This document shows, piece after piece, positions 36,287 to 46,337 of a DNA stretch of 51,902 bases. Below the pieces are notes generated by a model, which was given only the letters and a program-made list of their open reading frames with translations, was not told the DNA's origin and searched no databases. The stretch covers positions 1 through 51,902 of the forward strand of contig JAITUY010000203.1 in NCBI GenBank assembly GCA_031286095.1. The letters run 5' to 3'. The DNA comes from Treponema sp. (lineage in GTDB: Bacteria; Spirochaetota; Spirochaetia; Treponematales; Breznakiellaceae). The translations under genes and the position numbers were made by a program. Within the stretch, counting starts at the first letter, position 1, and every line of letters starts with the position of its first letter.

Positions 36287-37912
36287 TTAACCAAGGTATT
36301 TTTTGATTACCGCATATATATTTTTCGGAACAATCGGTTTTACGACATAGTCGGTCATACCCGCCGACAGGTACTTTTCAATGTCTTCTTTAAAAGCGTC
36401 CGCCGTCATCGCAATAATGGGGATAGTCTTCGCCAGCGGCAAATCAAGAGAGCGTATAGCCCGCGACGCAGTATCTCCGTCCATTTCGGGCATGTGAATG
36501 TCCGTAAGAATCAAGTTGTATTTGCCGGGATTCTCCGAAAACATATAAACAGCCTCTTTCCCGTTTTCAGCAAAATCAATTGAAATTCCGGTCTTTAACA
36601 GATATTTGGCAAGGATTTCTCTGTTAAATTCCATATCTTCCGCCGCCAATATGGTATACCCCTTAAAATCATAATTGGCAGACTTTGTTCCTGCAGTTGA
36701 ACTTTTACCGGCGTTTTCCTGTCCCTTTTTCACTTTTATTGTAAATATAAATTTCGCCCCATGCTCCAGCTCCGACTCAATCCATATTCTCCCCTGCATG
36801 AGTTCCACAATTCGTTTGGAAATGGCAAGTCCAAGCCCCGTACCGCCGAATTGTTTTGTAATACTGCTGTCCGCCTGATTGTAAGACGTGAAAAGTTTTT
36901 TTTTCTGTTCCGGCGAAATCCCAATACCGTTATCCGCAACTTCTATTCTTAAGGTAATCTCATCATTTGCAGACGATTTATCGTCTGATGACGGCGCAGA
37001 GTCCAGCTTTTCAGCGTTTAATTCAACCTTGCCGCCGTTCGGCGTGAATTTTATCGCGTTGGTAAGCAAATTTGTAATAACCTGCGACAACCGCAATTCA
37101 TCGCCGACTATAAACTGCGGAATATTCTGGTTAATATTAACAACAGTATCCTGGTTTTTCTCTTTGGCGCGGAAACTTATTACATCAACAATGTCCCCAA
37201 TCATTTTTCCAAAATCCAGTTCGGCAACTGAAAGCTCAAGTTTATTCGCTTCAATCTTTGACATATCAAGAATATCGTTGATTACACCCAGCACATGCTT
37301 TGACGCGCTACCCGCCTTTTCAAGATATTTCTTTATCTTTTGAATGTCGTCTTCTTCCGCCGCAATATTTATCATTCCTATAACGGCATTTAACGGGGAG
37401 CGTATTTCATGGCTCATGTGGGACAAAAACTCGCCCTTGGCGCGGGATGCATTCTGCGCCTCCAGTTCCGCCGCTTCGCGCAGTACAACCTCTTTTGTTT
37501 TTAACTCAAGCATGCTCTTAATTTGTTTTTCATGTTCTATTAAAGTCAGATATGTTTTTATCCTTTGGTGCAATAACGGGGCGACAAAAGGCTTATGAAT
37601 ATAATCAACGGCCCCAATTGCCAAACCCTCTATTTCGCTGTGCGCATCGCTTCTGGAAGTAAGGAACATGATTGGTATTTCCGTGTATTTACCGGAGTCT
37701 TTTAGCTTCCTTGCCGCTGAATACCCGTTCATTTCAGGCATTTCTATGTCCAAAAGAATTAAGTCGGGCTGGATATGCTCCAATAATTTAAACATATTCA
37801 GCGCGGAAGGGCTGGAATATACCTCATACGCGCTTTTCAAGATATTTTTGAGTACATTTAAATTTTCAGGATTATCATCAACAACAATAATCTTTTTTTT
37901 CTCGTCCGCCAT
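36287..37912 (-). CDS. Cytoplasmic hybrid histidine kinase (REC-HisKA-HATPase-REC)
   Basis: LILLDIEMP; FLSHMSHEIRSPLN; NLLTNAIKFT, DNGIG, GGTGLGLAIS; second receiver LILTDIHMP. Confidence 0.93.
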   Translation of the reverse strand: MADEKKKIIVVDDNPENLNVLKNILKSAYEVYSSPSALNMFKLLEHIQPDLILLDIEMPEMNGYSAARKLKDSGKYTEIPIMFLTSRSDAHSEIEGLAIGAVDYIHKPFVAPLLHQRIKTYLTLIEHEKQIKSMLELKTKEVVLREAAELEAQNASRAKGEFLSHMSHEIRSPLNAVIGMINIAAEEDDIQKIKKYLEKAGSASKHVLGVINDILDMSKIEANKLELSVAELDFGKMIGDIVDVISFRAKEKNQDTVVNINQNIPQFIVGDELRLSQVITNLLTNAIKFTPNGGKVELNAEKLDSAPSSDDKSSANDEITLRIEVADNGIGISPEQKKKLFTSYNQADSSITKQFGGTGLGLAISKRIVELMQGRIWIESELEHGAKFIFTIKVKKGQENAGKSSTAGTKSANYDFKGYTILAAEDMEFNREILAKYLLKTGISIDFAENGKEAVYMFSENPGKYNLILTDIHMPEMDGDTASRAIRSLDLPLAKTIPIIAMTADAFKEDIEKYLSAGMTDYVVKPIVPKNIYAVIKKYLG

Positions 37913-37935
37913 TTACTCAATTCCTTTCTTAACAA

Positions 37936-38307
37936 TTATAACATATGTTTTTCTATGCGCTCTAGCAAATGTTGAGTAACGAAGGGTTTGTAGATATAAT
38001 CAACAGCGCCAAGACTTAAGCCCTCCTTTTCACTTTGTTCATCGTTCATTGAGGTAAGGAATATGACGGGTATTTCACGGTATTTTTCCGCGCTTTTAAG
38101 TTTCTTTATCGCTGAATACCCTGTCATCTCCGGCATTTCTACGTCCAAAAGAATTAGACCCGGTTTAACATGTTCCAATAAATCAAACATCTCCGGCGCG
38201 GAAGGGCTGGGATATACCGCATATATGCCTTTAAGAGTATTTTTAAGAACATTGAGATTTTCAGGATTATCATCAACAACAATAATCTTTTTTTTCTCGT
38301 CCGCCAT
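37936..38307 (-). CDS. Single-domain response regulator
   Basis: VVDD, LILLDVEMP, FLTS and YKP; paralogous to the N-terminal receiver of 36287-37912. Confidence 0.92.
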   Translation of the reverse strand: MADEKKKIIVVDDNPENLNVLKNTLKGIYAVYPSPSAPEMFDLLEHVKPGLILLDVEMPEMTGYSAIKKLKSAEKYREIPVIFLTSMNDEQSEKEGLSLGAVDYIYKPFVTQHLLERIEKHML

Positions 38308-41300
38308 TTAGCTAATCCCTTCCCCTGCCAGACGCTGTGCGGCCTCGCCCATCTTGGATATGTCTATCTTTTCCCTTAACCATGCAATCAATTCGCCGCT
38401 CTCTTCGTAATCGGAGCTTTCCAGTTCTGACATAACTTGATCAACGCCGTCCATGTCGTAACTTTCACAGTATTTCTTTAACTGCGACAGAAGTTCCCTG
38501 TCAGGAGCTTTCAGAAGCGGCTTTTCCCTGTTAGCGTCATACTGATTCAGCCATGCTTTAATATTGGCTACAATGATTTCCGTATCGGCGATAAGTTTGC
38601 CGTTATGCTCCAAAACACTCTTCAAGTCGCCGGCGCGGGACTTTGTTTCCATATCCTGCGCGGAAAACCTTATTTCTTCCGCGCCTATGCCCGCGCTTGT
38701 GCCTTTTAACCCGTGTACTGTAACAACATAAGAGGGTAAGGTTTCCCCGGAGACAGTCCGCATTTTTTCCAAAACTTTCGGCGTGTTGTAAACATAAGAA
38801 CGCAGAAGAGGCAGATACACATCCATTTCGCCCGCGTAAAGTGAAAGCCCTTTTTGCGTATCCACTCCCGGTATCTTTATTATCATATTTTCATCTTCGG
38901 AAATCCCTTCAGACGGCGCGCTGGAAATAAGCGTATTATCATGGGTATCGTCACGCACCCATTTTCTGATAACGGAATCCAACTCTATTATGTCAATGGG
39001 TTTTGATATAAAAGCCTGAAAACCGTGAGCGAAAAACATCTGTTCCGTTCCCTGTATCGCGTTTGCAGTCAAGGCGATTATCGGTATATTCTTCGCGTAT
39101 TCCGTGCCTAACGCCCGAATCGCATCCGCCGCTTCTATACCGTCCATTCCCGGCATCATGTGGTCCATAAATATGGCGTCGTAAACCGGAGTCCCCGCCC
39201 GTATTCTTTCAATTGAGGCCTGCCCGCTGTTTAAGCAGTCAACCTGCATTTTATATTTGCGTAAAAGACCGGACGCCACGTCCAGATTTGTCTGCATATC
39301 GTCCACCACCAGCACCTTGGCGTAACTCAAATTGATCCGCACCAGTTTTTTGGTAACAATTCGTTTGTTGTCGGCGTAACAGAAATGGCGCAGTTTACCC
39401 GCTATGTCCGCTCCGATAGGCGTATCGTTTACGAAGCCTTGTCTTATACGGACCCGGAACGTGGTTCCTCTTCCGTACTGGCTTTCCGCGTTGATTTCTC
39501 CGTTCATCATCTCCGTAAGCCTTTTAGTAATGGGCAAACCCAATCCTGTTCCTTCGATGTTGCGGTTTGCCTTTTCATTTATCTGATAATAATCAAGGAA
39601 CAGCTTTTTCAGATCATTTTCGCGTATGCCGATGCCTGTATCGCTCACGGTAATTTCCATCCAAACAGAATCGTCTTCGCGCGTACAACGCACTTTTAAA
39701 TTGATGCTTCCCTCGCGTGTGTATTTTACGGAGTTGGTAAGCAGATTTGTAAATATCTGTTTTACGCGCAGATCATCGCCGTACAGTTTATTGGGCAGAG
39801 TGTCTTCTATATCAAGATGGAATATTATGGGTTTTTCCCCAAGACGCGTAATAACCATAGTAATAATGTCGTTCAGTAAACTGGACGTGTAATATTCAAC
39901 AGACGATAAATCCAGCTTGCCCGACTCAATTTTTGAAAAGTCCAGAATATCGTTTACTATGCTTAAAAGCGTATTACCCGCGCTACTTATCTTTATAAGG
40001 TTACTCGTAACATGTTCATTCATGTTATCGTCTTCAAGTATCAAGTCGGTAAGCCCTATAACCACGTTAAGAGGCGTTCTAAGTTCATGGCTCATATTGG
40101 CAAGGAAAGTGGACTTTGCGCGCGAAGCGGCCATGACCTCCTCTTCCATTTCTTTACGCTTGGTGATGTTGCGTATAATGGCGATTATTCCTACGACAAC
40201 GCCGTTCTGCCTGATCGGGGCTTTAACTGTTTCAAAAACCCCCTCTTCTCCGGTAACAGGCGAGCGGACTTTTTCTTCAAGGGTAAATATACGGTTTTCC
40301 TCTATTACAGCCAGTTCTATATTATGAATCCTTTCCACCTGCTCGTGATTCAGCCATGAGCCGTCTCTGTCAGCCTTGCCAATAAGCTCTGCCTCGCTGA
40401 CGCCGATAAATTTTTCAAACGCCTTATTGCATTGCGTGTATTTTAAATCGGTGTCTTTGCAAAACATAAGATCAGGAATTGAAGCGAGAGTTACTTGAAG
40501 CTGTGAAGTCTTGAACGCAAGGTCCCTCTCTATTTCTTTGCGCATGGTTATGTCGCGCCCTATGCCTATAATTCCGGTTACCTCTCCGTCCTGAATAAGA
40601 GGAGACTTAACCGTTTCAAAAAGCCGCGTAACGCCGTCAAAGCATTTAATGTTTTCCTCAACTACCATTTGAATGCGTTCGTTTATAACTTTGCGGTCAA
40701 CCTCTCTAATGCCTTTCACCATTTCGGCGGTAAATCCAAAAACTTCCTCATCGTTCTTTCCTATTATGTCCTCTTCTTTTTTACCTAATAATTCCGCCAT
40801 TATACCGTTGCACAAAGTGTAATTAGAATCTAAATCTTTGCAAAATACGCCGTCTGGAAGCGAAGTTATCATTGTTTTAAGCATTGAAGTCTGAACTGCC
40901 AGTTCTTTTTCCATCATTTTGCGCTGGCTTATGTCGCGTATAATGGCGATTAGCCCTACGACAACGCCGTTCTGCCTGATCGGGGCTTTAACCGTTTCAA
41001 AAACCCCCTCTTTTCCGGTAACAGGCGAGCGGACTTTTTCTTCAAAGGTAAGTATCCTGTTCTGGCTTATCACTATCTGTTCATTATTATGAATACTCTC
41101 CTCATATTCGGCGGAAAACCACGATTCGTCCTCGTTAGTCTTGCCAATAAGCTGTTTTTCTTTTATGCCCATGTATTGTTCAAAAGAATTATTGCATTGC
41201 GTGTACTTTAAATCGGTATCCTTGCAAAATATAAGATCAGGAATTGAATCAATCATGGCCTCCAGCTTGGATGTCTCGAACACAAGATCGCTTGTCCGCC

Positions 41301-43020
41301 GCTTTACCATTTGTTCCAGCGCCCTGCCGGCGTAACGGCTTCTTATCAAAAGAACCGTTACAAGTGAAAGTGTGATAAAAGACAAAATTACCGCGCCGAT
41401 TAACCATGGACGTTGCGCCCGCGCTATTTTACTCCTGTAATCAAATGTCTTGTATATCCACTGGTTTGAAATGTTATTTATATCTATAACTTGTATAGCT
41501 TTATCTATAATTGATTTAAGAATAGCCTCGTCCTTGTTATAAGCAAAAAAAGAATCATAAGTATAGTTAAACACCAAATTTAACTTATAACTCGCGTCTT
41601 CATAGTAATTTGTGTAAATAAGCAGTCTTCGCTTACCCGCAAAAAGCACGTCAAATTCACCGTTCTTAAGCGCCTCCCATGCTTTTTCCTGAGTTCTATA
41701 TTCGACAAAATTCTGGTGGGAAGGAAACTCATTTTTAAACAATTCAGAATATATGGTGTGTTCACGAAGACCTATTTTTAAATGAAAAACGTCGTTTATA
41801 TTGATATTGCGGAAATCAGCTCTGGATATAAACACAAAGTTGTCGTTTAAAATCGGAATATCCGACCATATAAAACGGTCTTCATATTCTTTTGTTTTAA
41901 ACAATTCGGGCATAAAAAGTATCTCGCCGCTTTCAAGTTTGCTTATTACGTCAAGCAGGCTTGTTTCAGGCCCGTTGCCAATTTCAAATTTAAGCCCAGT
42001 AAGCTTCCCGATTTCATCCAGAGCCTCAAAAAATATTCCCTGCCATTCGCCAACATTGGTATTCCAAAAAGTAACAGGATAATTGCTGAATTCCGCCCCG
42101 ACCGGTATAACAGGGTGGTTTTTTATGTATGAGTGTTCTTCTTCGGTTAACAGCGTATACATTCTGTTTTCCATGTATTCCTGCCACCCTTTTTTTTGCA
42201 GTGATGTTAAATACTCAAGGGTACGGGCGTCCATAATTTTTTCCAGAACGGAGATTATCGGCTTTAGTTCTTCCTTCTGCGTTGCAAGACAGGAAGCGCG
42301 GAAAATCATAGGGAAAAACATCTCCCCTGCAACGTTGCTGTATGCGTTAAAAAAACCGTCAGCGGTATCCAGTCCGAAAAACGCATCAACCTTGCCGCTG
42401 TCAAGCAGTTTGTACGCTTCTTTATGGCTGTAAACAGTAATAATTTCAAAATCGTAACCCGTATTTTTGTTAATGTCGTCTGACACAACCGCCCCTTTTA
42501 AAAACGCAAAGCGAGGCTGGCGCGACCGCAGGATTCCTTCGATAGGAATACTGCCCTTGATCCTGTAAGATTTTATAGAGCGGTTTATAGTGGGCCTGCT
42601 CATATAGTAACCTGCCAGATTTTCGGGAGTGGACATTATTTCTCCGGTAAAATCTATATCGCCGGACTCCAGCCCGTTAAGCAAACCACCCCATTCATAG
42701 TACACGGGTTTGAATTGCATTCTAAACAATCCTGAAAGCCATTCGCAAAACATAACAGCGTACCCTTCAATCTCGCCGTCCTTCCCAGGATACGCCTCGG
42801 TGGTAAGGTTTACTCCGTAAGTAAGAAAGCCGTATTTCTTCTGAAGATGCTCAATGGCTTCTATTTCGCTTTCAGTTATGCCGGGTATATCCCTGAATGT
42901 TATATCCTCTATCGCCAAGTCAGATTGTTCTTTAGAAGTTTTTTCACAGGCTGAAAATATGGTTAAAACAAACGCTAAAAAATGCGCCAAATAAATAATG
43001 TGTTTGCTGTTTTTTACCAT
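38308..43020 (-). CDS. Large hybrid sensor kinase: 2 solute-binding domains, TM, 3 PAS, HisKA, HATPase, REC, Hpt
   Basis: Start placed at ATG 43020 (track 43068) with FSAC lipobox-like signal; two family-3 SBP-like domains; TM PWLIGAVIL...; three PDxxFCKD PAS repeats; ANMSHELRTPLN; AIFMDHMMP; HGLKGTS. Confidence 0.9.
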   Translation of the reverse strand: MVKNSKHIIYLAHFLAFVLTIFSACEKTSKEQSDLAIEDITFRDIPGITESEIEAIEHLQKKYGFLTYGVNLTTEAYPGKDGEIEGYAVMFCEWLSGLFRMQFKPVYYEWGGLLNGLESGDIDFTGEIMSTPENLAGYYMSRPTINRSIKSYRIKGSIPIEGILRSRQPRFAFLKGAVVSDDINKNTGYDFEIITVYSHKEAYKLLDSGKVDAFFGLDTADGFFNAYSNVAGEMFFPMIFRASCLATQKEELKPIISVLEKIMDARTLEYLTSLQKKGWQEYMENRMYTLLTEEEHSYIKNHPVIPVGAEFSNYPVTFWNTNVGEWQGIFFEALDEIGKLTGLKFEIGNGPETSLLDVISKLESGEILFMPELFKTKEYEDRFIWSDIPILNDNFVFISRADFRNININDVFHLKIGLREHTIYSELFKNEFPSHQNFVEYRTQEKAWEALKNGEFDVLFAGKRRLLIYTNYYEDASYKLNLVFNYTYDSFFAYNKDEAILKSIIDKAIQVIDINNISNQWIYKTFDYRSKIARAQRPWLIGAVILSFITLSLVTVLLIRSRYAGRALEQMVKRRTSDLVFETSKLEAMIDSIPDLIFCKDTDLKYTQCNNSFEQYMGIKEKQLIGKTNEDESWFSAEYEESIHNNEQIVISQNRILTFEEKVRSPVTGKEGVFETVKAPIRQNGVVVGLIAIIRDISQRKMMEKELAVQTSMLKTMITSLPDGVFCKDLDSNYTLCNGIMAELLGKKEEDIIGKNDEEVFGFTAEMVKGIREVDRKVINERIQMVVEENIKCFDGVTRLFETVKSPLIQDGEVTGIIGIGRDITMRKEIERDLAFKTSQLQVTLASIPDLMFCKDTDLKYTQCNKAFEKFIGVSEAELIGKADRDGSWLNHEQVERIHNIELAVIEENRIFTLEEKVRSPVTGEEGVFETVKAPIRQNGVVVGIIAIIRNITKRKEMEEEVMAASRAKSTFLANMSHELRTPLNVVIGLTDLILEDDNMNEHVTSNLIKISSAGNTLLSIVNDILDFSKIESGKLDLSSVEYYTSSLLNDIITMVITRLGEKPIIFHLDIEDTLPNKLYGDDLRVKQIFTNLLTNSVKYTREGSINLKVRCTREDDSVWMEITVSDTGIGIRENDLKKLFLDYYQINEKANRNIEGTGLGLPITKRLTEMMNGEINAESQYGRGTTFRVRIRQGFVNDTPIGADIAGKLRHFCYADNKRIVTKKLVRINLSYAKVLVVDDMQTNLDVASGLLRKYKMQVDCLNSGQASIERIRAGTPVYDAIFMDHMMPGMDGIEAADAIRALGTEYAKNIPIIALTANAIQGTEQMFFAHGFQAFISKPIDIIELDSVIRKWVRDDTHDNTLISSAPSEGISEDENMIIKIPGVDTQKGLSLYAGEMDVYLPLLRSYVYNTPKVLEKMRTVSGETLPSYVVTVHGLKGTSAGIGAEEIRFSAQDMETKSRAGDLKSVLEHNGKLIADTEIIVANIKAWLNQYDANREKPLLKAPDRELLSQLKKYCESYDMDGVDQVMSELESSDYEESGELIAWLREKIDISKMGEAAQRLAGEGIS

Positions 43021-43076
43021 AATGTTCTCTAACGTTCTCTCTTTTTTAGCGAATTTATTTGTAAACAAGGCTGTTT

Positions 43077-43427
43077 CTAACGGTTTTTTAACCAGTTTTG
43101 TAAATTACCCATTAACTCTTCCATGTACTTTATAAAAGGTCCATTATCGGCCAGTACCCCTTGCAAATCGCCGTTTCTGGACATTGTTTCAAGTTTCAAA
43201 GCGGCTTTCCTTGCGTCTTCGGCGCAAATATTCGCGCAAGTGCCTTTTAATCCATGTATAATGTTGGCATAGTCCGCCAATTTTTCCTCTGATACTTCTG
43301 CAATCTTGCTCAAAACATTGGGCGCTTTATCCATAAAAATACGCAAGATAGAAATATAAAGCTCTTCATCGCCTTCAAATAAATCATTAAAAATACTTTC
43401 GTCCACTCCGGGTATATTCAGCGCCAT
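43077..43427 (-). CDS. Stand-alone Hpt phosphotransfer protein
   Basis: IHGLKGTCANICA motif; similar to the Hpt domain of the adjacent kinase (IPGVD...HGLKGT). Confidence 0.88.
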   Translation of the reverse strand: MALNIPGVDESIFNDLFEGDEELYISILRIFMDKAPNVLSKIAEVSEEKLADYANIIHGLKGTCANICAEDARKAALKLETMSRNGDLQGVLADNGPFIKYMEELMGNLQNWLKNR

Positions 43428-43519
43428 ACTTTCCCCCTTTTATCATCAGTTGACATAAAAAGTTATATTAGTTTATTATAATATAACAATGCATTATCTG
43501 CAAGAAAAAGAGTAACAAA

Positions 43520-43885
43520 ATGAAGAAAAAAATCATTGTGATTGACGATGAAGAAACAGTCCTTGCCATGACAAGGACAGCATTAGGAGCCGATTATGAG
43601 CTTACAACTGCCAATTCAGGACAAGAAGCCTTAAATTTGTTTTCTCATGGTTATATTCCCCATTTAGTTTTACTAGATTTAAATATGCCTGAAATGAACG
43701 GCTGGGACACTTTTTCAGGAATAAGAGATATAAGCAAATTAAACGATACTCCGGTAGCGATTTATTCGACATCGGAAGACCCGGACGATAAAACCCGCGC
43801 GCAGAAAATGGGAGCGGCTGACTTTATACATAAACCAGCCAAAAAAGCAGACCTGCTCGCCAAAGTAGCAATCTTGATAAATTAA
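43520..43885 (+). CDS. Single-domain response regulator
   Basis: VIDD, LVLLDLNMPEMNG and FIHKP; divergent from the Hpt gene. Confidence 0.9.
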   Translation: MKKKIIVIDDEETVLAMTRTALGADYELTTANSGQEALNLFSHGYIPHLVLLDLNMPEMNGWDTFSGIRDISKLNDTPVAIYSTSEDPDDKTRAQKMGAADFIHKPAKKADLLAKVAILIN

Positions 43886-44038
43886 GAGCATTACAACATA
43901 ATCCCCCTGTTCTGTGCAAAAAAGGCGGTTTCCCCCAGTAAAAATGCTAAAAATATATGTTAAACTACTAGACAAAAAAACTACAATAAAATATAATATG
44001 ACTTTAGGAAAGGAAAGTATTTTCCTGAGGGGTGCGTT

Positions 44039-45310
44039 ATGTCAGAAGTTCTGTCAATTATTTTAGGGGGAGGAAAAGGAACCCGTTTATTTCCTTTAAC
44101 CCAGTTTCGTTCAAAGCCGGCAGTACCTTTCGGCGGGAAATTCCGTTTAATTGACATACCCATTTCCAACTGTATAAACGCGAATTTACGCCAAATTTAT
44201 GTCGTAACCCAATTTAATTCCGCATCCCTTCATCTGCATATAGGTCAGACATATGTCTTTGACCCTTTTACAAAAGGCTTTGTCGAAATTCTTGCCGCGG
44301 AGCAGACTCTTGAACATTCGGGCTGGTACGAAGGCACTGCCGACGCAATCCGCAAAAACCTTCCGCACTTTAGAACGCAAAACCCCTCATATTATGTTAT
44401 CCTTTCCGGCGACCAGCTTTACAGAATGAATTTAGAGGAGCTTTTGCAAAAACATATTGATTCAGGCGCTTCCATTACAATCGCTTGCACAGGAGTTACA
44501 AGGGAAAACGCAAGCGGTCTTGGTATTCTTAAAGTTGACAAATCTAATCAAATTACCGAGTTTCTGGAAAAACCTGGCCCCGTAAAGGATATTTCCGATT
44601 TTAAAGCGCCTTCTGAATTGCTTACGGAAAAAAATAGGGATGACTGCTATCTTGGTTCTATGGGCATTTATGTTTTTAACGCAAAAACAATGGAAGAATG
44701 TCTAGCGAACGAGCTTACCGATTTTGGAAAAGAGATTATCCCGTCGGCAATCAGCAGGTTAAAAGTAAACGCCTATCTTTTCGACGGTTACTGGGAAGAT
44801 ATAGGAACTATAAAAAATTTTTATGATACAAACCTTGAACTTACAACGTTAAGGCCGCGTTTTGACTTTTATGACGAACCAAGACCAATCTATACCCACA
44901 TGAGGAACCTTCCGCCTTCCAAAATGAACTTTTCAAACATGAACCAGTCTATTGCCGCTGAAGGGTGTATTATTACCAATGCCAACATCACCAATTCAAT
45001 TGTCGGTATACGTACCATTATAGAAACAGGTTCCAGCCTAAACGGCGTCGTATGCATGGGGGCGGACTTTTACGAGACGGAAGCCCAAAAAATGAAAAAC
45101 GCCGAATCAAGAATTCCCAATGTGGGAATCGGGCGCGGGGCGATTATCAAAGGCGCGATAATAGACAAAAACGTATGCGTCGGCGAAGGTTGCCGTATCG
45201 GCGTAGACGACATAAAACGCGCGGACGGCAATTACGGACATTACCATATCGTGGACGGAATAATCGTTATTCCAAAGAACACTATTCTGTATCCGGGAAC
45301 AGTTATTTGA
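44039..45310 (+). CDS. glgC: Glucose-1-phosphate adenylyltransferase
   Basis: ILGGGKGTRLFPLT, KPAVPFGG, WYEGTADA, LSGDQLY, FLEKP, SMGIYVF, DFGKEII and YWEDIGT. Confidence 0.97.
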   Translation: MSEVLSIILGGGKGTRLFPLTQFRSKPAVPFGGKFRLIDIPISNCINANLRQIYVVTQFNSASLHLHIGQTYVFDPFTKGFVEILAAEQTLEHSGWYEGTADAIRKNLPHFRTQNPSYYVILSGDQLYRMNLEELLQKHIDSGASITIACTGVTRENASGLGILKVDKSNQITEFLEKPGPVKDISDFKAPSELLTEKNRDDCYLGSMGIYVFNAKTMEECLANELTDFGKEIIPSAISRLKVNAYLFDGYWEDIGTIKNFYDTNLELTTLRPRFDFYDEPRPIYTHMRNLPPSKMNFSNMNQSIAAEGCIITNANITNSIVGIRTIIETGSSLNGVVCMGADFYETEAQKMKNAESRIPNVGIGRGAIIKGAIIDKNVCVGEGCRIGVDDIKRADGNYGHYHIVDGIIVIPKNTILYPGTVI

Positions 45311-46197
45311 TACGTCTCCGTGTCTTTGCAGTAAGTTTTATATTTTTTACTTTTTTTACATGCACAAAAAACTACCCTCAATCTGCGCCGAAACCAGATG
45401 TCAATCAAAAAGAAGACGGTAACAATACGTTTTTTTTAAATGTGTTAAACAAGGCTCTATTACCAGAAAATATATCCGCTAACATTCTTAAAGCTGTAAA
45501 CGAAAATCCCTCTTTTGTTTCCGGGATTACGCTTATTTTGCGGACAGACCCGTACTTATGGAAACTTGTAGACAAAAATAACAGTCTTGGCGAATCATAC
45601 GCGCCGGACGATCTTGTTGAATTAAAAAAAGGCTCGTATCTTGTAAACAGAAAAGATTTGACGCTCCGAAAAACAGCCGCGGATTCGCTTGAGGAAATGG
45701 CGCAGGCCGCAAAAAAAGAAGAGGTAACCCTTACGGCGTCGTCCGCTTACCGTTCATACTCGTATCAGGCGCAGGTTTATGACAGAAACGTAAGAGAAAT
45801 GGGAAAAGAGTCTGCGGACAGGGAATCCGCCCGTCCTGGGTTCAGCCAGCACCAGTTAGGTCTTGTCGTAGACTTCGGCTCAATTTCCGACGCATTTACC
45901 GGAACCAAAGAAGAAGTCTGGCTTTCCCGCAACGCGTGGCGCTACGGCTGGTCGCTCTCTTTCCCCGAAGGCATGGAAAGCATAACAGGCTACAGGTGGG
46001 AAAGCTGGCATTACCGCTATGTGGGCGCTGAACTGGCTAAATTTATTAATGATTATTTTAACGGAATACAGCAATACGCTCTTCAATTTTTAAAAGCGTA
46101 CTCAGAGAACAAACTAGTACAGCTACAAAATATTCACAATAACTTATTACCAGACATCCCCACGCAGAGGGCGCGGAGACGCAGAGGATCAGGGTGA
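45307..46197 (+). CDS. M15B-family (VanY-like) D-alanyl-D-alanine carboxypeptidase, probable lipoprotein
   Basis: SAYRSY, SARPGFSQHQLG..D and ESWHYRYVG zinc-peptidase motifs. Start placed at TTG 45307 overlapping the glgC stop, giving a signal peptide ending FFTC. Confidence 0.87.
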   Translation: MIRLRVFAVSFIFFTFFTCTKNYPQSAPKPDVNQKEDGNNTFFLNVLNKALLPENISANILKAVNENPSFVSGITLILRTDPYLWKLVDKNNSLGESYAPDDLVELKKGSYLVNRKDLTLRKTAADSLEEMAQAAKKEEVTLTASSAYRSYSYQAQVYDRNVREMGKESADRESARPGFSQHQLGLVVDFGSISDAFTGTKEEVWLSRNAWRYGWSLSFPEGMESITGYRWESWHYRYVGAELAKFINDYFNGIQQYALQFLKAYSENKLVQLQNIHNNLLPDIPTQRARRRRGSG

Positions 46198-46311
46198 TAA
46201 CTAACTTGTATCCCTTTCATGTTGTTTTTCATTAATAAAAAAAAGCATAGCGGAAAACGCGCAATTAGGTAACAAAGCGCAGTTCTCCGCGCCTTTGCGG
46301 TCCTCTGCGTG
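46161..46311. repeat. Inverted pair of short tandem CGCAGAG-type repeats
   Basis: CACGCAGAGGGCGCGGAGACGCAGAGGA (46161-46188) faces TTCTCCGCGCCTTTGCGGTCCTCTGCGTG (46283-46311); the outer 10 bp are perfect inverted repeats. Confidence 0.78.
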
Positions 46312-46337
46312 ATAAAACGTGAGACTTGCCTGAATGG

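Noticed and set aside
44965-45306. N-terminal extension of the VanY-like ORF in the ORF track
   Set aside because: It is an alternative frame of glgC; a TTG start at 45307 gives a proper signal peptide.
45307-46197. VanY-like gene as evidence of a vancomycin-resistance cluster
   Set aside because: No vanA/B ligase, vanH, vanX or vanRS nearby; stand-alone M15B carboxypeptidases are common housekeeping enzymes.
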